A stretch of 64,000 nt of DNA from Betaproteobacteria bacterium (GCA_900299145.1 OMIN01000149.1:41745-105744); one strand, 5' to 3'; positions 8,504 to 18,439 are shown, counted from the first letter of the stretch. Program-made: numbers and translations. The notes: generated by a model not told the origin, from the letters alone.

Positions 8504-11500
8504 TTGATAGCACCTGTTGATACAAGACCTCAGGCGGGCCAGTATGAATCAGGGGAATTGGGATTTGGCATGCGTTTTGCCGATCTTTACGATTCCGCAG
8601 CGTTGGTGAAATTGGACGCGGCGTTCCTGACTTTCGTGGCGGCGCGCGATGGCGAACTACACCAGCGCTTGTTGACAGCGCGCCTGGCATCCACCGAACT
8701 GCCGGTTAAAGCCCAGTCCGAATTGTTGCTCGCCCTCACGTCCCACGTTGAGGCGTTCATCGCGGCGTTGTTTGGCATTGCATCCGAAGTGGGGGCACTG
8801 ACCGCACGTCATCTGGAATTGTCGCCGCTGTATTCCGTTAAGCGTCTTTTCGTGCAACGCAAGGCCGCGAACAAATATAAGGGGGCTGCCGCTGATGCCC
8901 TGGATGGCCCGGCGCTGGCTTCGCGGCTTGAGCGTTTGCTGGGCAATTCATTGACGGAACTGCTGTTCGCACAAAAAGTCAGTGAATGGCAAAAGGATGA
9001 AGCCGCTAACGCCGAAGCGCTGGATGTCGCGTTGCAGTATGCCGCGTGGGCCTTGCAAACCGAGGCAGGGCGCAAAAAGCATGCGGCGGGCGTGCTGTTC
9101 AAGGCGCCGCACAAGCTCGACGCGCAGCATCTGGTGCCCTCCGCAGTGGATGCCACGCCGGGTTACACGGTGCACACGTTTCCCGTGGAAAAACTGCGCC
9201 GCCGCGAGGGGTTCAAGCTCACGGATAAAGGCACTGATCTCACCGGCGCGCTGGACCACGCCAATTACTGCATCTGGTGCCACGAGCAGGGCAAGGATTC
9301 CTGCTCGAAGGGGCTTCTGGAAAAAGGCGCCAGCGGGCGTGGCGCAGCGTCATTCAAGAAAAGCGCATTTGGCGTGACGCTCGCGGGCTGCCCGCTGGAA
9401 GAAAAAATTTCCGAGTTTCACAAAGCCAAGACCGAGGGCTACGCCATTGGCGCGCTGGCGATCATCACCGTCGATAACCCGATGGCGGCGGCTACCGGGC
9501 ATCGCATCTGCAACGACTGCATGAAGGCATGCATTTACCAGAAGCAGGAGCCGGTCGATATCCCGCAGGCAGAAACGCGCACGCTGAAAGACGTGCTGGA
9601 ACTGCCGTGGGGCTTTGAGATTTACAGCTTGCTGACGCGCTGGAACCCGCTGAATTTGCGCAAGCCGTTGCCGCAAGCGCCCAGCGGCAAGCGTGTGCTG
9701 ATCGCGGGCATGGGCCCGGCGGGGTTTTCGCTGGCGCATTATTTGATGAACGACGGGCACACGGTGGTCGGCATCGACGGCCTGAAAATCGAGCCGTTGC
9801 CGGCGAAATTTTCGGGTGTCGAGGCCAATGGCACGCGCGTGCCATTCATGCCGATACGCGATGTACGCGAGCTTTACGAAAATCTCGATGAGCGCGTGAT
9901 GGCCGGCTTTGGCGGCGTGGCGGAATACGGCATCACCGTGCGCTGGGATAAAAATTTCTTAAAAATCATAAGGTTACTGCTGGAACGCCGGCGTGAATTC
10001 GCACTCTTTGGCGGCGTGCGTTTTGGCGGCACGATCACCGCCGATGACGCGTTTGCGATGGGCTTTGACCATGTGGCGCTCGCCATCGGGGCGGGCCGGC
10101 CGACGGTGCTGGATATGCCCAATGGCCTGGCGCGTGGCGTGCGCACCGCGTCGGATTTTTTGATGGCGTTGCAACTCACGGGGGCTGCGCGCACCGATTC
10201 GATCGCCAACATGCAATTGCGATTGCCGGTGGTGGTGGTGGGCGGCGGACTGACGGCCATCGACACCGCGACGGAGGCGCTGGCGTATTACCCGCTGCAA
10301 GTCGAGAAGCTGTTGTCGCGCTACGAAGCCATGGCGCGCGAACACGGCGAAATGGCGGCGCGGCTGGCGTGGAACGAGGAAGAGCGCCAGATCGGCGATG
10401 AGTTTCTTACCCATGCGCGTGCGTTACGCGAGGAGCGCGCGAAGGCCGCTGCGGAAAATCGCGCGCCACGCATTGTTGAATTGCTGCAGTCGTGGGGTGG
10501 CGCAACTATTGCGTATCGCAAGCGGCTGATCGACAGCCCGTCGTATACGCTCAATCACGAGGAAGTGCACAAGGCGCTGGAAGAGGGCATACGTTTTGCC
10601 GAGGGGCTGACGCCGGTGGCGGTGGAGATCGATGGTTTCGGCCACGCGAAGGCGCTCAAGGTGTCGGCCAAAAACAGCGAAGGTGTTGCGGGCGAGTTTG
10701 TCACGCCGGCACGTACGATTCTGATCGCAGCGGGCACGCAACCCAACACCGTGCTGGCGCGCGAAGACGCGGCGAACTTCAAACTGGATGGCCGCTATTT
10801 TCAGGCGATTGATGCGGCGGGCAATGCTACGGCTGCCGAGAAATCGATCTCAAAACCCAATGAAATCAAGGTGTTGCTGGCGAAGCGTGCGGATGGCCGC
10901 GCGATGAGTTATTTCGGCGATGTACATCCGTCGTTCTTTGGCAATGTGGTGAAAGCCATTGGCAGCGCGAAGCAGGGCCACCCGGTGGTGAGCGCCGCGC
11001 TGCAAGAGGTGCAACCAGCGTCAGACGCCAGTGATGCGGATTTCATCGCGGGACTCAACCGCGATTTGCGCGCCACGGTGCATGAAGTCAAGCGGCTGAC
11101 ACCGATGATCGTCGAAGTGGTGGTGCGCGCGCCGCTTGCCGCGCGGCAGTTTCAGCCGGGGCAGTTTTACCGGCTGCAGAATTTTGAAGCAGGCGCGATC
11201 CGCACCGAAGGCACGTTGCTTGGCATGGAAGGGCTTGCGCTCACTGGTGCCTGGGTGGATCGTGATCAGGGTTTGATTTCGACCATTGTGCTGGAAATGG
11301 GCGGCTCCAGCGATTTGTGCCTGCTGTTGAAGCCCGGCGAGCCGGTGATTCTGATGGGGCCGACGGGCACGCCAACGGAGATTCCAGCGAACGAAACCGT
11401 GGCACTGGTGGGTGGCGGGCTGGGCAACGCAGTGCTGTTTTCCATTGGGCAGGCGATGCGCAAGGCTGGCAGCAAGGTGTTGTATTTCGCTGGCTATAAG

Positions 11501-12055
11501 AAAATGGACGACCGCTACAAGATCGCGGAAATCGAGGCTGCGGCAGACGTGGTGGTGTGGTGCTGCGACGATGAGCCTGGCTTTACGCCGTCGCCCAACC
11601 GGCCGCAGGATAAAAGCTACGTTGGTAACATTGTGCAGTGCATGCACGCCTACGCGAGCGGCGCCATGGGGGCACAGCCGTTGCTGCTGCAGGACGCGGA
11701 TCGCATTATCGCAATTGGTTCGGATCGCATGATGGCGGCGGTGGCGCGCGCGCGGCATGAGTTGTTAAAACCCTTCGTGAAGCCGCATCATTTTGCGATT
11801 GGTTCGATCAACTCGCCGATGCAGTGCATGATGAAGGAAATCTGCGCGCAGTGTTTGCAGCCGCATGTCGATCCCGCGACGGGCAAGACGAGTTATGTGT
11901 TCTCGTGTTTTAATCAGGATCAGCCGCTGGATCAGGTGGACTGGAATGGCCTGAATCAGCGGCTGCGGCAGAATTCGGTACAGGAAAAATTGAGCGCCGA
12001 GTGGCTGGATTATTGCCTGATCAAATCGGGCGCGCGGGAGATGCAGCGGATTTGA
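8504..12055 (+). CDS. Fused GltD/NfnB-like and PyrK/NfnA-like Fe-S flavoprotein; start uncertain (alternative ATG at 8570)
   Basis: N-half: CIWCH..C, GCP, GHRICNDCMKAC, GMGPAG, GGGLTAID. C-half: PGQFYRL, MGPTG, GGGLG, MQCMMKEICAQC...FSC. Confidence 0.8.
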   Translation: MIAPVDTRPQAGQYESGELGFGMRFADLYDSAALVKLDAAFLTFVAARDGELHQRLLTARLASTELPVKAQSELLLALTSHVEAFIAALFGIASEVGALTARHLELSPLYSVKRLFVQRKAANKYKGAAADALDGPALASRLERLLGNSLTELLFAQKVSEWQKDEAANAEALDVALQYAAWALQTEAGRKKHAAGVLFKAPHKLDAQHLVPSAVDATPGYTVHTFPVEKLRRREGFKLTDKGTDLTGALDHANYCIWCHEQGKDSCSKGLLEKGASGRGAASFKKSAFGVTLAGCPLEEKISEFHKAKTEGYAIGALAIITVDNPMAAATGHRICNDCMKACIYQKQEPVDIPQAETRTLKDVLELPWGFEIYSLLTRWNPLNLRKPLPQAPSGKRVLIAGMGPAGFSLAHYLMNDGHTVVGIDGLKIEPLPAKFSGVEANGTRVPFMPIRDVRELYENLDERVMAGFGGVAEYGITVRWDKNFLKIIRLLLERRREFALFGGVRFGGTITADDAFAMGFDHVALAIGAGRPTVLDMPNGLARGVRTASDFLMALQLTGAARTDSIANMQLRLPVVVVGGGLTAIDTATEALAYYPLQVEKLLSRYEAMAREHGEMAARLAWNEEERQIGDEFLTHARALREERAKAAAENRAPRIVELLQSWGGATIAYRKRLIDSPSYTLNHEEVHKALEEGIRFAEGLTPVAVEIDGFGHAKALKVSAKNSEGVAGEFVTPARTILIAAGTQPNTVLAREDAANFKLDGRYFQAIDAAGNATAAEKSISKPNEIKVLLAKRADGRAMSYFGDVHPSFFGNVVKAIGSAKQGHPVVSAALQEVQPASDASDADFIAGLNRDLRATVHEVKRLTPMIVEVVVRAPLAARQFQPGQFYRLQNFEAGAIRTEGTLLGMEGLALTGAWVDRDQGLISTIVLEMGGSSDLCLLLKPGEPVILMGPTGTPTEIPANETVALVGGGLGNAVLFSIGQAMRKAGSKVLYFAGYKKMDDRYKIAEIEAAADVVVWCCDDEPGFTPSPNRPQDKSYVGNIVQCMHAYASGAMGAQPLLLQDADRIIAIGSDRMMAAVARARHELLKPFVKPHHFAIGSINSPMQCMMKEICAQCLQPHVDPATGKTSYVFSCFNQDQPLDQVDWNGLNQRLRQNSVQEKLSAEWLDYCLIKSGAREMQRI

Positions 12056-12122
12056 CAGTGCGCTCGCCGAGACATTGTAAGTATCTGTTTTTATTAAATA
12101 TTTTATTTCAGGGCGGCACGTC

Positions 12123-13211
12123 ATGAAACTCGGTTTTTTCACCATGCCCATCCATCCGCCAGAGCGTAACTACACGCAAACGCTGAAGGAGGATCGCGAG
12201 GCGATTTTGCTGGCGGATTCGTTGGGCTATAGCGACGCGTTTATCGGCGAGCACACCACCGACATTTGCGAAAACATTCCGTCGTGCTTGGCGTTCATCG
12301 CGAGTCTGGCGCATGGCACGAAGCAGATCAGGCTTGGCAGTGGCACGGTGAATTTGCCGAATAGTCATCCGGCGGCGGTGGCGGCGAACGTGGCGATGGT
12401 TGATCACATGCTTGAGGGGCGTTTTCTGTTCGGTATCGGGCCGGGCGGGCTGCGCTCCGATCAGGAAGTGTTCGGCAACATCAAGAACGACCGCACCAAA
12501 ATGTTTGTCGAGTCAATCGATCAGATACTCGGCATCTGGGCGGGCCAGCATCCGTATGATCTTAAAGGTGAATTCTGGAACATCACCACGCGCGAAACCA
12601 TGATTCCCGAAGTGGGGCAGGGCGTGATGTTAAAGCCCTATCAGCAGCCGCATCCGCCGATTGTGGTCACTGTGGTGGAGCCGTATTCCAAGGGTGTGAC
12701 GGCCGCCGCGCAGCGCGGCTGGAAGCCGATCTCAGCGAATTTTTTGCAGCCCAACTGGGTGAAGACGCATTTCGAGAGTTACGCCAAGGGCTGTGAGATT
12801 GCCGGTTTGCCGGCGAACCGTTCAGACTGGCGCGTGTGCAAAAGTATTTTTGTCGCGGATGACGATGCCACGGCGAAACGCTATGCCAAGACGCGCGAAG
12901 GTCCTTATGGCTTTTACTTCTGGAACCTGCTGACCAAGCGCAAGGCGCGGGGTGCGGCGAATATTTACAAGCCCGATCTGTCGATGCCCGACGAAGCGGT
13001 GACAGTGGAATTCGTGCTGGACACGCTGGTGATTGCCGGCGGTGTGGATTCGGTGGTGGAGCAAATTCTCAAGTTTCGCGAGACCACCGGCGACTTTGGC
13101 ACATTGCTGTATTGCGGGCACGATTGGGTGGAGCCGAAACTTGCGCGCCGTTCGATGGAATTGATGGCGACGCAGGTGATGCCGCGGGTGAATGCGGCGC
13201 TGGGGCAGTAA
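12123..13211 (+). CDS. LLM-class (luciferase-like) flavin-dependent oxidoreductase
   Basis: MKLGFF..P, ADSLGY..AFIGEH, IRLGSG, DHMLEGRF, PYQQPHPPI. Confidence 0.88.
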   Translation: MKLGFFTMPIHPPERNYTQTLKEDREAILLADSLGYSDAFIGEHTTDICENIPSCLAFIASLAHGTKQIRLGSGTVNLPNSHPAAVAANVAMVDHMLEGRFLFGIGPGGLRSDQEVFGNIKNDRTKMFVESIDQILGIWAGQHPYDLKGEFWNITTRETMIPEVGQGVMLKPYQQPHPPIVVTVVEPYSKGVTAAAQRGWKPISANFLQPNWVKTHFESYAKGCEIAGLPANRSDWRVCKSIFVADDDATAKRYAKTREGPYGFYFWNLLTKRKARGAANIYKPDLSMPDEAVTVEFVLDTLVIAGGVDSVVEQILKFRETTGDFGTLLYCGHDWVEPKLARRSMELMATQVMPRVNAALGQ

Positions 13212-13244
13212 CGTCTCGCCGTTCGTGAGGCCGTGCCGCGCGGC

Positions 13245-14786
13245 CTACGAAAAAAATCCGTGCAGGTACCAGCGCGCGTTGACGTCGCGCTCGCGGTATA
13301 TCCACAGCAGCGATTGCGCGCGATTGCGCGCGACAAAGTAATCGCGCGCGACATGCCGGCCGTCCCACCAGCCGGCTTCGATACGTTCGGGGCCGGCGAG
13401 TAACGACAGTGGGCTGCCGTCGCTGTCGCGCGGCGCCGCGCGGACGCCGGTGCTGCCGCCATCATCCGTATCCTTTGAGCCGCCGGTGTCCCGTAAAGGG
13501 CGTGGCGTGGTCAGCAGCCACAGCGGGCGGGCGGGGGTGTAGGTGGAATGGGTTGTGGCAGTTGAAGCGGATGGGGAAGATGGGGACGATGAGGCGGAAG
13601 TTGCCACGCCCGGCTGGCAGGTGCGCCAGGCACGCTCCGGGCGGTAATCGGCGTGCGGTGTCAGGCCGCAAATGGCCTGCGCGCCGAGCCGTGCATTGAG
13701 CCGTTCGACAAAGCGCGTCGCGTCGCTGGCCTCGTCCGTGCCGCCGGGCAAAAAAGCGAGATTACGTGAGGCGAGCGGCACCACCCGCCCCGACGCAATG
13801 GCGATTTCGACGGCGGCGCACGGCAGCTCGGTGCGATTGAGGCGTTCGCGCAACAGCGTGGTCAGGTGATCAAGCTCGCGGGTGGCGCTGGAAAGCTCCA
13901 GTGTGATGACCGTAACTATTTGTTTTTCATGAATAAATTCAAAGCGGGGGTGTTGCACGCCGTGGCCGCTGGAGGCGAGCCAGCCGCAGAGTTCGGCGAG
14001 CAGACGGCGCGCGGCGAAGAGCAGTGCCTCGGCATTGGCCACGGGTGCGGGTAGTTGCAGCGCAGCACACCAGGTTTGCGGAGCGACAAACGGCAGGCGC
14101 GGATCAGGGGCAAGGCCCAGCGCGTGATCCAGTTGTATAAGCAGACGCGGGCCGGCGCGGCGCGTAAGACCATCGCGCGGCAGACGCAGGCAATCGCCCA
14201 GCGTGTGCGCGCCGAAGCTTTGCAGCAGATGCTGGGTGGCGGTGTCTTCACACGCCATGGCGGTCGGGAGTTTTTCAAGCGCATGGCGCAGCGCGTCGTG
14301 GTGCTGCACGCGCACATTGACCCCCGCGCGTGCGAACCATGAAGCGGCGAGCGGCGTGGGCGCACAGGCGATGCTGGCACTAAAACCCAAGTCCGCTACG
14401 CCGCGCGCGATCTGCTGGTGCAGTTTGGCGAGACCACCGAAGAGTTTCAGCGAGCCTTCGATGTCGAGTAGCACGGTATCCAGCCCGGCCAGACTGACCA
14501 ATGAAGTGAATTGCAGCGACCATGCGGCGATGCGCGCCAGCGTGGTCTGTTCCCGGGCGCTGTCACGCACGAGGGTTTGCAGCCCGGCGGCCAGCGCGCA
14601 CGCCGCCGCCACACTCATGCCCGGCTGCACGCCGCGTGCCAGTGCCGGGCGGTTGGCGTCAACTATGACGGCGCTGGTTTCGGCGCTGGAAGCAACCGCC
14701 GCGGCCGCGGGTTGTGGCTGCAGCGGCGTGCCGCGCGTGAAAACTTCCAGCGGCAGATGGCGAAAATGCAGCGCAAGCCACAACAT
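13245..14786 (-). CDS. imuB: ImuB, inactive Y-family polymerase
   Basis: MLWLAL.F..LPLE start; GVQPGM, ERLNARLG, RPLWLL and GPERIEAGWWD...RDYF...WYLHG motifs. Confidence 0.9.
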   Translation of the reverse strand: MLWLALHFRHLPLEVFTRGTPLQPQPAAAAVASSAETSAVIVDANRPALARGVQPGMSVAAACALAAGLQTLVRDSAREQTTLARIAAWSLQFTSLVSLAGLDTVLLDIEGSLKLFGGLAKLHQQIARGVADLGFSASIACAPTPLAASWFARAGVNVRVQHHDALRHALEKLPTAMACEDTATQHLLQSFGAHTLGDCLRLPRDGLTRRAGPRLLIQLDHALGLAPDPRLPFVAPQTWCAALQLPAPVANAEALLFAARRLLAELCGWLASSGHGVQHPRFEFIHEKQIVTVITLELSSATRELDHLTTLLRERLNRTELPCAAVEIAIASGRVVPLASRNLAFLPGGTDEASDATRFVERLNARLGAQAICGLTPHADYRPERAWRTCQPGVATSASSSPSSPSASTATTHSTYTPARPLWLLTTPRPLRDTGGSKDTDDGGSTGVRAAPRDSDGSPLSLLAGPERIEAGWWDGRHVARDYFVARNRAQSLLWIYRERDVNARWYLHGFFS

Positions 14787-14843
14787 GGGGAGAGGAAGAA
14801 AAAGGCGGGCGGTTTCAAATCGGTGCGCGGATCAATGCACGAG

Positions 14844-15608
14844 TCAATGCACGTCAAAGGCAGAGGTGGAAACGTGAGATTCATACGTTTCATACACACC
14901 ATATGCGTTGGAATTGGCCTGTTCAAACCCGCCACGCTGCGCCATACCAGGGCGGCGCAGCAGGGTGTTATGCAAATCCAGCGCCACCGGCGCGGGCAGG
15001 CCGCCGCCACGCCGCTTGAGAATGCGCACCAGGGTGCTGCCGTCTTCGCGGCTGACGTGCAGCCGCAGTGCGGCCTGCGGGCAGGAGGCCGCACGCGAGG
15101 CACGAAACAGCATGGCCAGCACTTCGCGCCGTTCGGCGGCGTGCTGCAGACGGCGTAGTGCGTTATCAGAGATGCGTTCGCTGTTCTGATCCAGCCATAG
15201 CATGACGGTGCCGCAGTTGTCGGATTGCAGCGCCTGCTCGCATGCCCACAGTTGCTCGGCAAGGGTTTTCGGGCGTATTAGCATCAGGTGCGACAGTTTG
15301 ACGCCGTGCGCGGCGAGCGCGGGCGCGTAAGGCAGATAGGGCGGAGCGATCATCACCTGCCAGCGCTCGGCCTGTGTGAGGCGCGCGGCGGCGGGCATCA
15401 CCAGTTGCAGTTCGCCGATGCCGGGGCGTTCAACGTGAATTTCGGTGAGCACGCCGGTGGGCCAGCCGCCGCCGGGCAGATGCACGTCGAGTTCGGCAAA
15501 GCCGGTAGGCACGCTGGGGGTGGCGACCTGCGCGAAATCACTGCCGCGCCAGAGGTTGGGGTGGGCAGGGTGGCTTAGCGCATTGGCGAGAGCGGGTGAG
15601 GTATTCAT
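14844..15608 (-). CDS. imuA: ImuA, RecA/SulA-like translesion synthesis protein
   Basis: LWRG, TGFAELD..LPGGGWP, GIGEL.L, LRRLQ.AA, ILKRRGG. Confidence 0.9.
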   Translation of the reverse strand: MNTSPALANALSHPAHPNLWRGSDFAQVATPSVPTGFAELDVHLPGGGWPTGVLTEIHVERPGIGELQLVMPAAARLTQAERWQVMIAPPYLPYAPALAAHGVKLSHLMLIRPKTLAEQLWACEQALQSDNCGTVMLWLDQNSERISDNALRRLQHAAERREVLAMLFRASRAASCPQAALRLHVSREDGSTLVRILKRRGGGLPAPVALDLHNTLLRRPGMAQRGGFEQANSNAYGVYETYESHVSTSAFDVH

Positions 15609-15659
15609 CAGAATCATCGTAACGCTTGTCTGGAAGAGGCCGGTGATCTTAGTGGTCAA

Positions 15660-15719
15660 CCACGGATTACATGGAGGAACCGTGTGCGGGCATTTCTGCG
15701 TGTTTCACGTGTTCCGTGG
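15660..15719. repeat. Intergenic palindromic element CCACGGA...TCCGTGG
   Basis: Imperfect terminal inverted repeat with 9-nt subunits between lexA and imuA. Confidence 0.5.
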
Positions 15720-15729
15720 CCAATGGCTT

Positions 15730-16332
15730 TCAGTGCATGCCGCCATTGCGAATCACGCCCACCGCGATGCCCTCGATGGCGAAGGGTTCGCTGCGCGGGT
15801 TGACGATAATCGGCTCGAAATCGGGGTTGGCGGGCTGGAGTTCGATTAAATGCTTTTGGCGCTGCGCGCGTTTGACGGTGACTTCATCGGCAATGCGGGC
15901 GACAACGATTTGCCCGGACTGGAAATCCTGCGTGCGGTGCACCGCAAGCAGATCACCGTTGAGAATGCCGGCATCGCGCATGCTGTCGCCCTTGACCGTG
16001 AGCAGGTAGTCAGCATGCGGTTTGAACATGCGCGGATCGATGTTATAGTGGTTCTCGATGTTTTCAGTGGCGAGCAGCGGCGCGCCGGCAGCCACGCGCC
16101 CCACCAGCGGAATGCCCGACGGTTCCAAAATGCGTATGCCACGCGAAGCGCCAGGCAGCATTTCGATGGCGCCCTTGCGTTCGAGTGCGCGCAAATGGTC
16201 TTCGGCGGCGTTGGGCGATTTGAAACCCATGGCGCGGCAGATGTCGGCGCGCGTGGGCGGAAAGCCCGAAGTGGCGGTATGCTCGCGTATCAGGTGGAGG
16301 ATTTCTTTCTGGCGTGCGGTGAGCTCTTCCAT
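15730..16332 (-). CDS. lexA: LexA repressor (E. coli-type recognition helix)
   Basis: PPTRADI...[16 protein letters not shown] cleavage site, GDSM catalytic Ser, VTVK catalytic Lys. Confidence 0.96.
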   Translation of the reverse strand: MEELTARQKEILHLIREHTATSGFPPTRADICRAMGFKSPNAAEDHLRALERKGAIEMLPGASRGIRILEPSGIPLVGRVAAGAPLLATENIENHYNIDPRMFKPHADYLLTVKGDSMRDAGILNGDLLAVHRTQDFQSGQIVVARIADEVTVKRAQRQKHLIELQPANPDFEPIIVNPRSEPFAIEGIAVGVIRNGGMH

Positions 16333-16343
16333 GGTGGCGCCCC

Positions 16344-16399
16344 TTCTGGTGAGGTTCGGGTAATTCTGGTGAGGCTGGTGATCCCGGTGATCCCGGCAA
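16344..16399. repeat. Degenerate 9-mer tandem repeat (TTCTGGTGA/TCCCGGTGA) in the lexA leader
   Basis: About six units read directly. Confidence 0.55.
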
Positions 16400-16422
16400 A
16401 ACCTGCGTAAGTGAATATGTGA

Positions 16423-16438
16423 CTGATATTATATACAG
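16423..16438. promoter_or_regulatory. SOS box CTGATATTATATACAG
   Basis: CTG-N10-CAG with AT-rich core, 90 bp upstream of lexA. Confidence 0.88.
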
Positions 16439-16570
16439 CTTTCTGGCGGTGGCAAGTGCTGTTGGTGCATTGCTTGCAATTTGTTCTATAAGTATTTGTT
16501 TTTAAACAATATTTAAAATATGCTCATCCCGCACAAGGGTTAGCGGCCGGTTCTCATCTGGAGGAAAGAC

Positions 16571-17536
16571 ATGAAAACAAAAACTGTGATGCCCGTGTTG
16601 GCGGGCGCCTTGCTGCTGGCCAGCGGTATGGCGGCAGCGCAGCCATACCCCGTCAAACCAGTGCGGGTGATCGTGGTGTTTCCGGCGGGCGGCTCGACCG
16701 ACGTGGTGGCGCGCATGGCGTTTCAGAAAGTCGGCGATCAGCTCGGCCAGCAGTTTCAGATTGACAATCGCGCCGGCGCGGGCGGCACGCTGGGCGCAGC
16801 CATCGCGGCAAAAAGCCCGAACGACGGCTACACCCTGATGGTGTATTCAGCGTCGCTGGTCGCCAACGCGCATCTCTATAAAAAATTGCCGTACGATGCG
16901 CTGAAAGATTTCATCGGCATCACACCGGTGTCGCGGCTGGTGGGCATGCTGGCGGTGCACCCTTCGCTGCCCGTGCGCAACGCCAGAGACCTGATCGCGC
17001 TGGCCAAATCACGGCCCGGCGAACTGCGCTACGGCTCGGCGGGCGTGGGCGCCTATCAGCATCTGGCGGGCAGCCTTTTTGCCACCATGGCGGGCATCAA
17101 CGTGACGCATATTCCGTACAAGGGCGGCGCGCAGGCATCGGTGGCGGCGGCTTCCGGCGAAATCGAAATGCTGCTGACGCCGGTGGTCGAAGTGATAAAC
17201 AACATCCAGAGCGGCCGGCTGCGCCCCGTTGCGGTGTCGTCTGCCAAACGCATCACCCAGTTTCCCGACGTACCCGCGCTGGCGGAAAGCGTAAAAGGCT
17301 ATGAACTGGTGTCGTGGTTCGGCGCCTATGCCCCGGCAGGCACGCCGCGCCCGATTATCGATCGCCTCAACGCCGAACTCAAAAAAGCCGTGGCCGACCA
17401 GGAAGTTGCCGCCAAACTGTCGAGTCTGGTGCTCGACCCGATGCACATGAGTCCGGAAGACTTCGCGCGGCTGATGAAGGCGGATTACGACAAATATGAA
17501 AGTATTGTGCGGCAGTCGGGGGCGAAGATTGAGTGA
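16571..17536 (+). CDS. Bug/TctC-family tripartite tricarboxylate transporter binding protein
   Basis: YP.KPVRVIV.FPAGGSTD..AR, DGYTL, HIPYKGG; signal peptide. Confidence 0.92.
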   Translation: MKTKTVMPVLAGALLLASGMAAAQPYPVKPVRVIVVFPAGGSTDVVARMAFQKVGDQLGQQFQIDNRAGAGGTLGAAIAAKSPNDGYTLMVYSASLVANAHLYKKLPYDALKDFIGITPVSRLVGMLAVHPSLPVRNARDLIALAKSRPGELRYGSAGVGAYQHLAGSLFATMAGINVTHIPYKGGAQASVAAASGEIEMLLTPVVEVINNIQSGRLRPVAVSSAKRITQFPDVPALAESVKGYELVSWFGAYAPAGTPRPIIDRLNAELKKAVADQEVAAKLSSLVLDPMHMSPEDFARLMKADYDKYESIVRQSGAKIE

Positions 17537-17571
17537 GGAACGCGCCGTGCACGGGCTGTCGGGGTTGCGGC

Positions 17572-18072
17572 ATGAAGCAGCCCGTTGAATTCATTGCTTG
17601 CGCCCTGCTGGCAGGACTGGTGCTGCTCAGTATTTGCTCGCGCGCGAATGAATTTAAGCTGAACGAAGAACTACCCGAAGGTTCATTCAGAATATGCCGC
17701 GATGTGGCTGCGGCAGAAGTAATGCGCAATTTATCAACTTCGTTAATCAATGCTCGTAGATATCCAAAATCTTGGCAAGACCTTGTGCCAAATTACTGCC
17801 ACAATGGGCGTGTAACGTTAACGCTCTTGGAACTCGCCCCCATCCCGAAGGGCAAATCATGGAATTCTGCTTATTCACCCGATGGGAAAGAGTCCTGTGA
17901 CATTGTATACAAGGGCAGAAAAACTGTGACTCCTTGTGACGTGGTAGTGCAAGACGCAACTTATTATCGGGCACACGCAAAACTAGCTGATGGGACATTT
18001 GAAGTAATCGCGGAAATTTTCCCAACAAATATTTACCAGCAATACGCCGAGGCGCAAAAAAAGCGGGAGTAG
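17572..18072 (+). CDS. Hypothetical exported protein (orphan, low GC)
   Basis: 166-aa ORF with a hydrophobic signal-like N-terminus; AT-richer than neighbours; no recognised family. Confidence 0.55.
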   Translation: MKQPVEFIACALLAGLVLLSICSRANEFKLNEELPEGSFRICRDVAAAEVMRNLSTSLINARRYPKSWQDLVPNYCHNGRVTLTLLELAPIPKGKSWNSAYSPDGKESCDIVYKGRKTVTPCDVVVQDATYYRAHAKLADGTFEVIAEIFPTNIYQQYAEAQKKRE

Positions 18073-18137
18073 GGCGGAGCGGTTTAATTGCTCACGCGGA
18101 TGAGCGTTGCGGCTGGTGCGCGCAACGTGCGCCTTAC
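18069..18137. repeat. Degenerate GTAG-family REP doublet
   Basis: Starts GTAGGGCG, ends GCGCCTTAC; overlaps the stop codon of the orphan gene. Confidence 0.45.
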
Positions 18138-18319
18138 CGAGCGCCGCAATGTTCGTACGGAAACTCATTCGCGAAGCGGATTTGGGCGATTTGAATGTGT
18201 TGAACGTGCTTCACAATGCCCGCTTGCGCCGAAGTGAACCTCTCCAAAATGGGATTTTATAACTATCTGTTTTTTAATGACTTTTTTATTTCGAGGTCAT
18301 TCCAGATTCCGCAACCGTA

Positions 18320-18348
18320 TTGGACTTGAGGCAAATTTTTGTTATAGT
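18320..18348 (+). promoter_or_regulatory. Sigma70 promoter for the rimP operon (TTGGAC-17-TATAGT, extended -10)
   Basis: Spacing and TGn motif read directly. Confidence 0.55.
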
Positions 18349-18439
18349 TCATGGCTCTGCTACCTGTGGTGTTTCAAGGGCAGTAGAGGCTGGGATTAAA
18401 AAGCACCGGATTTTATAAGAATAAGCACGGCAGTTAACG

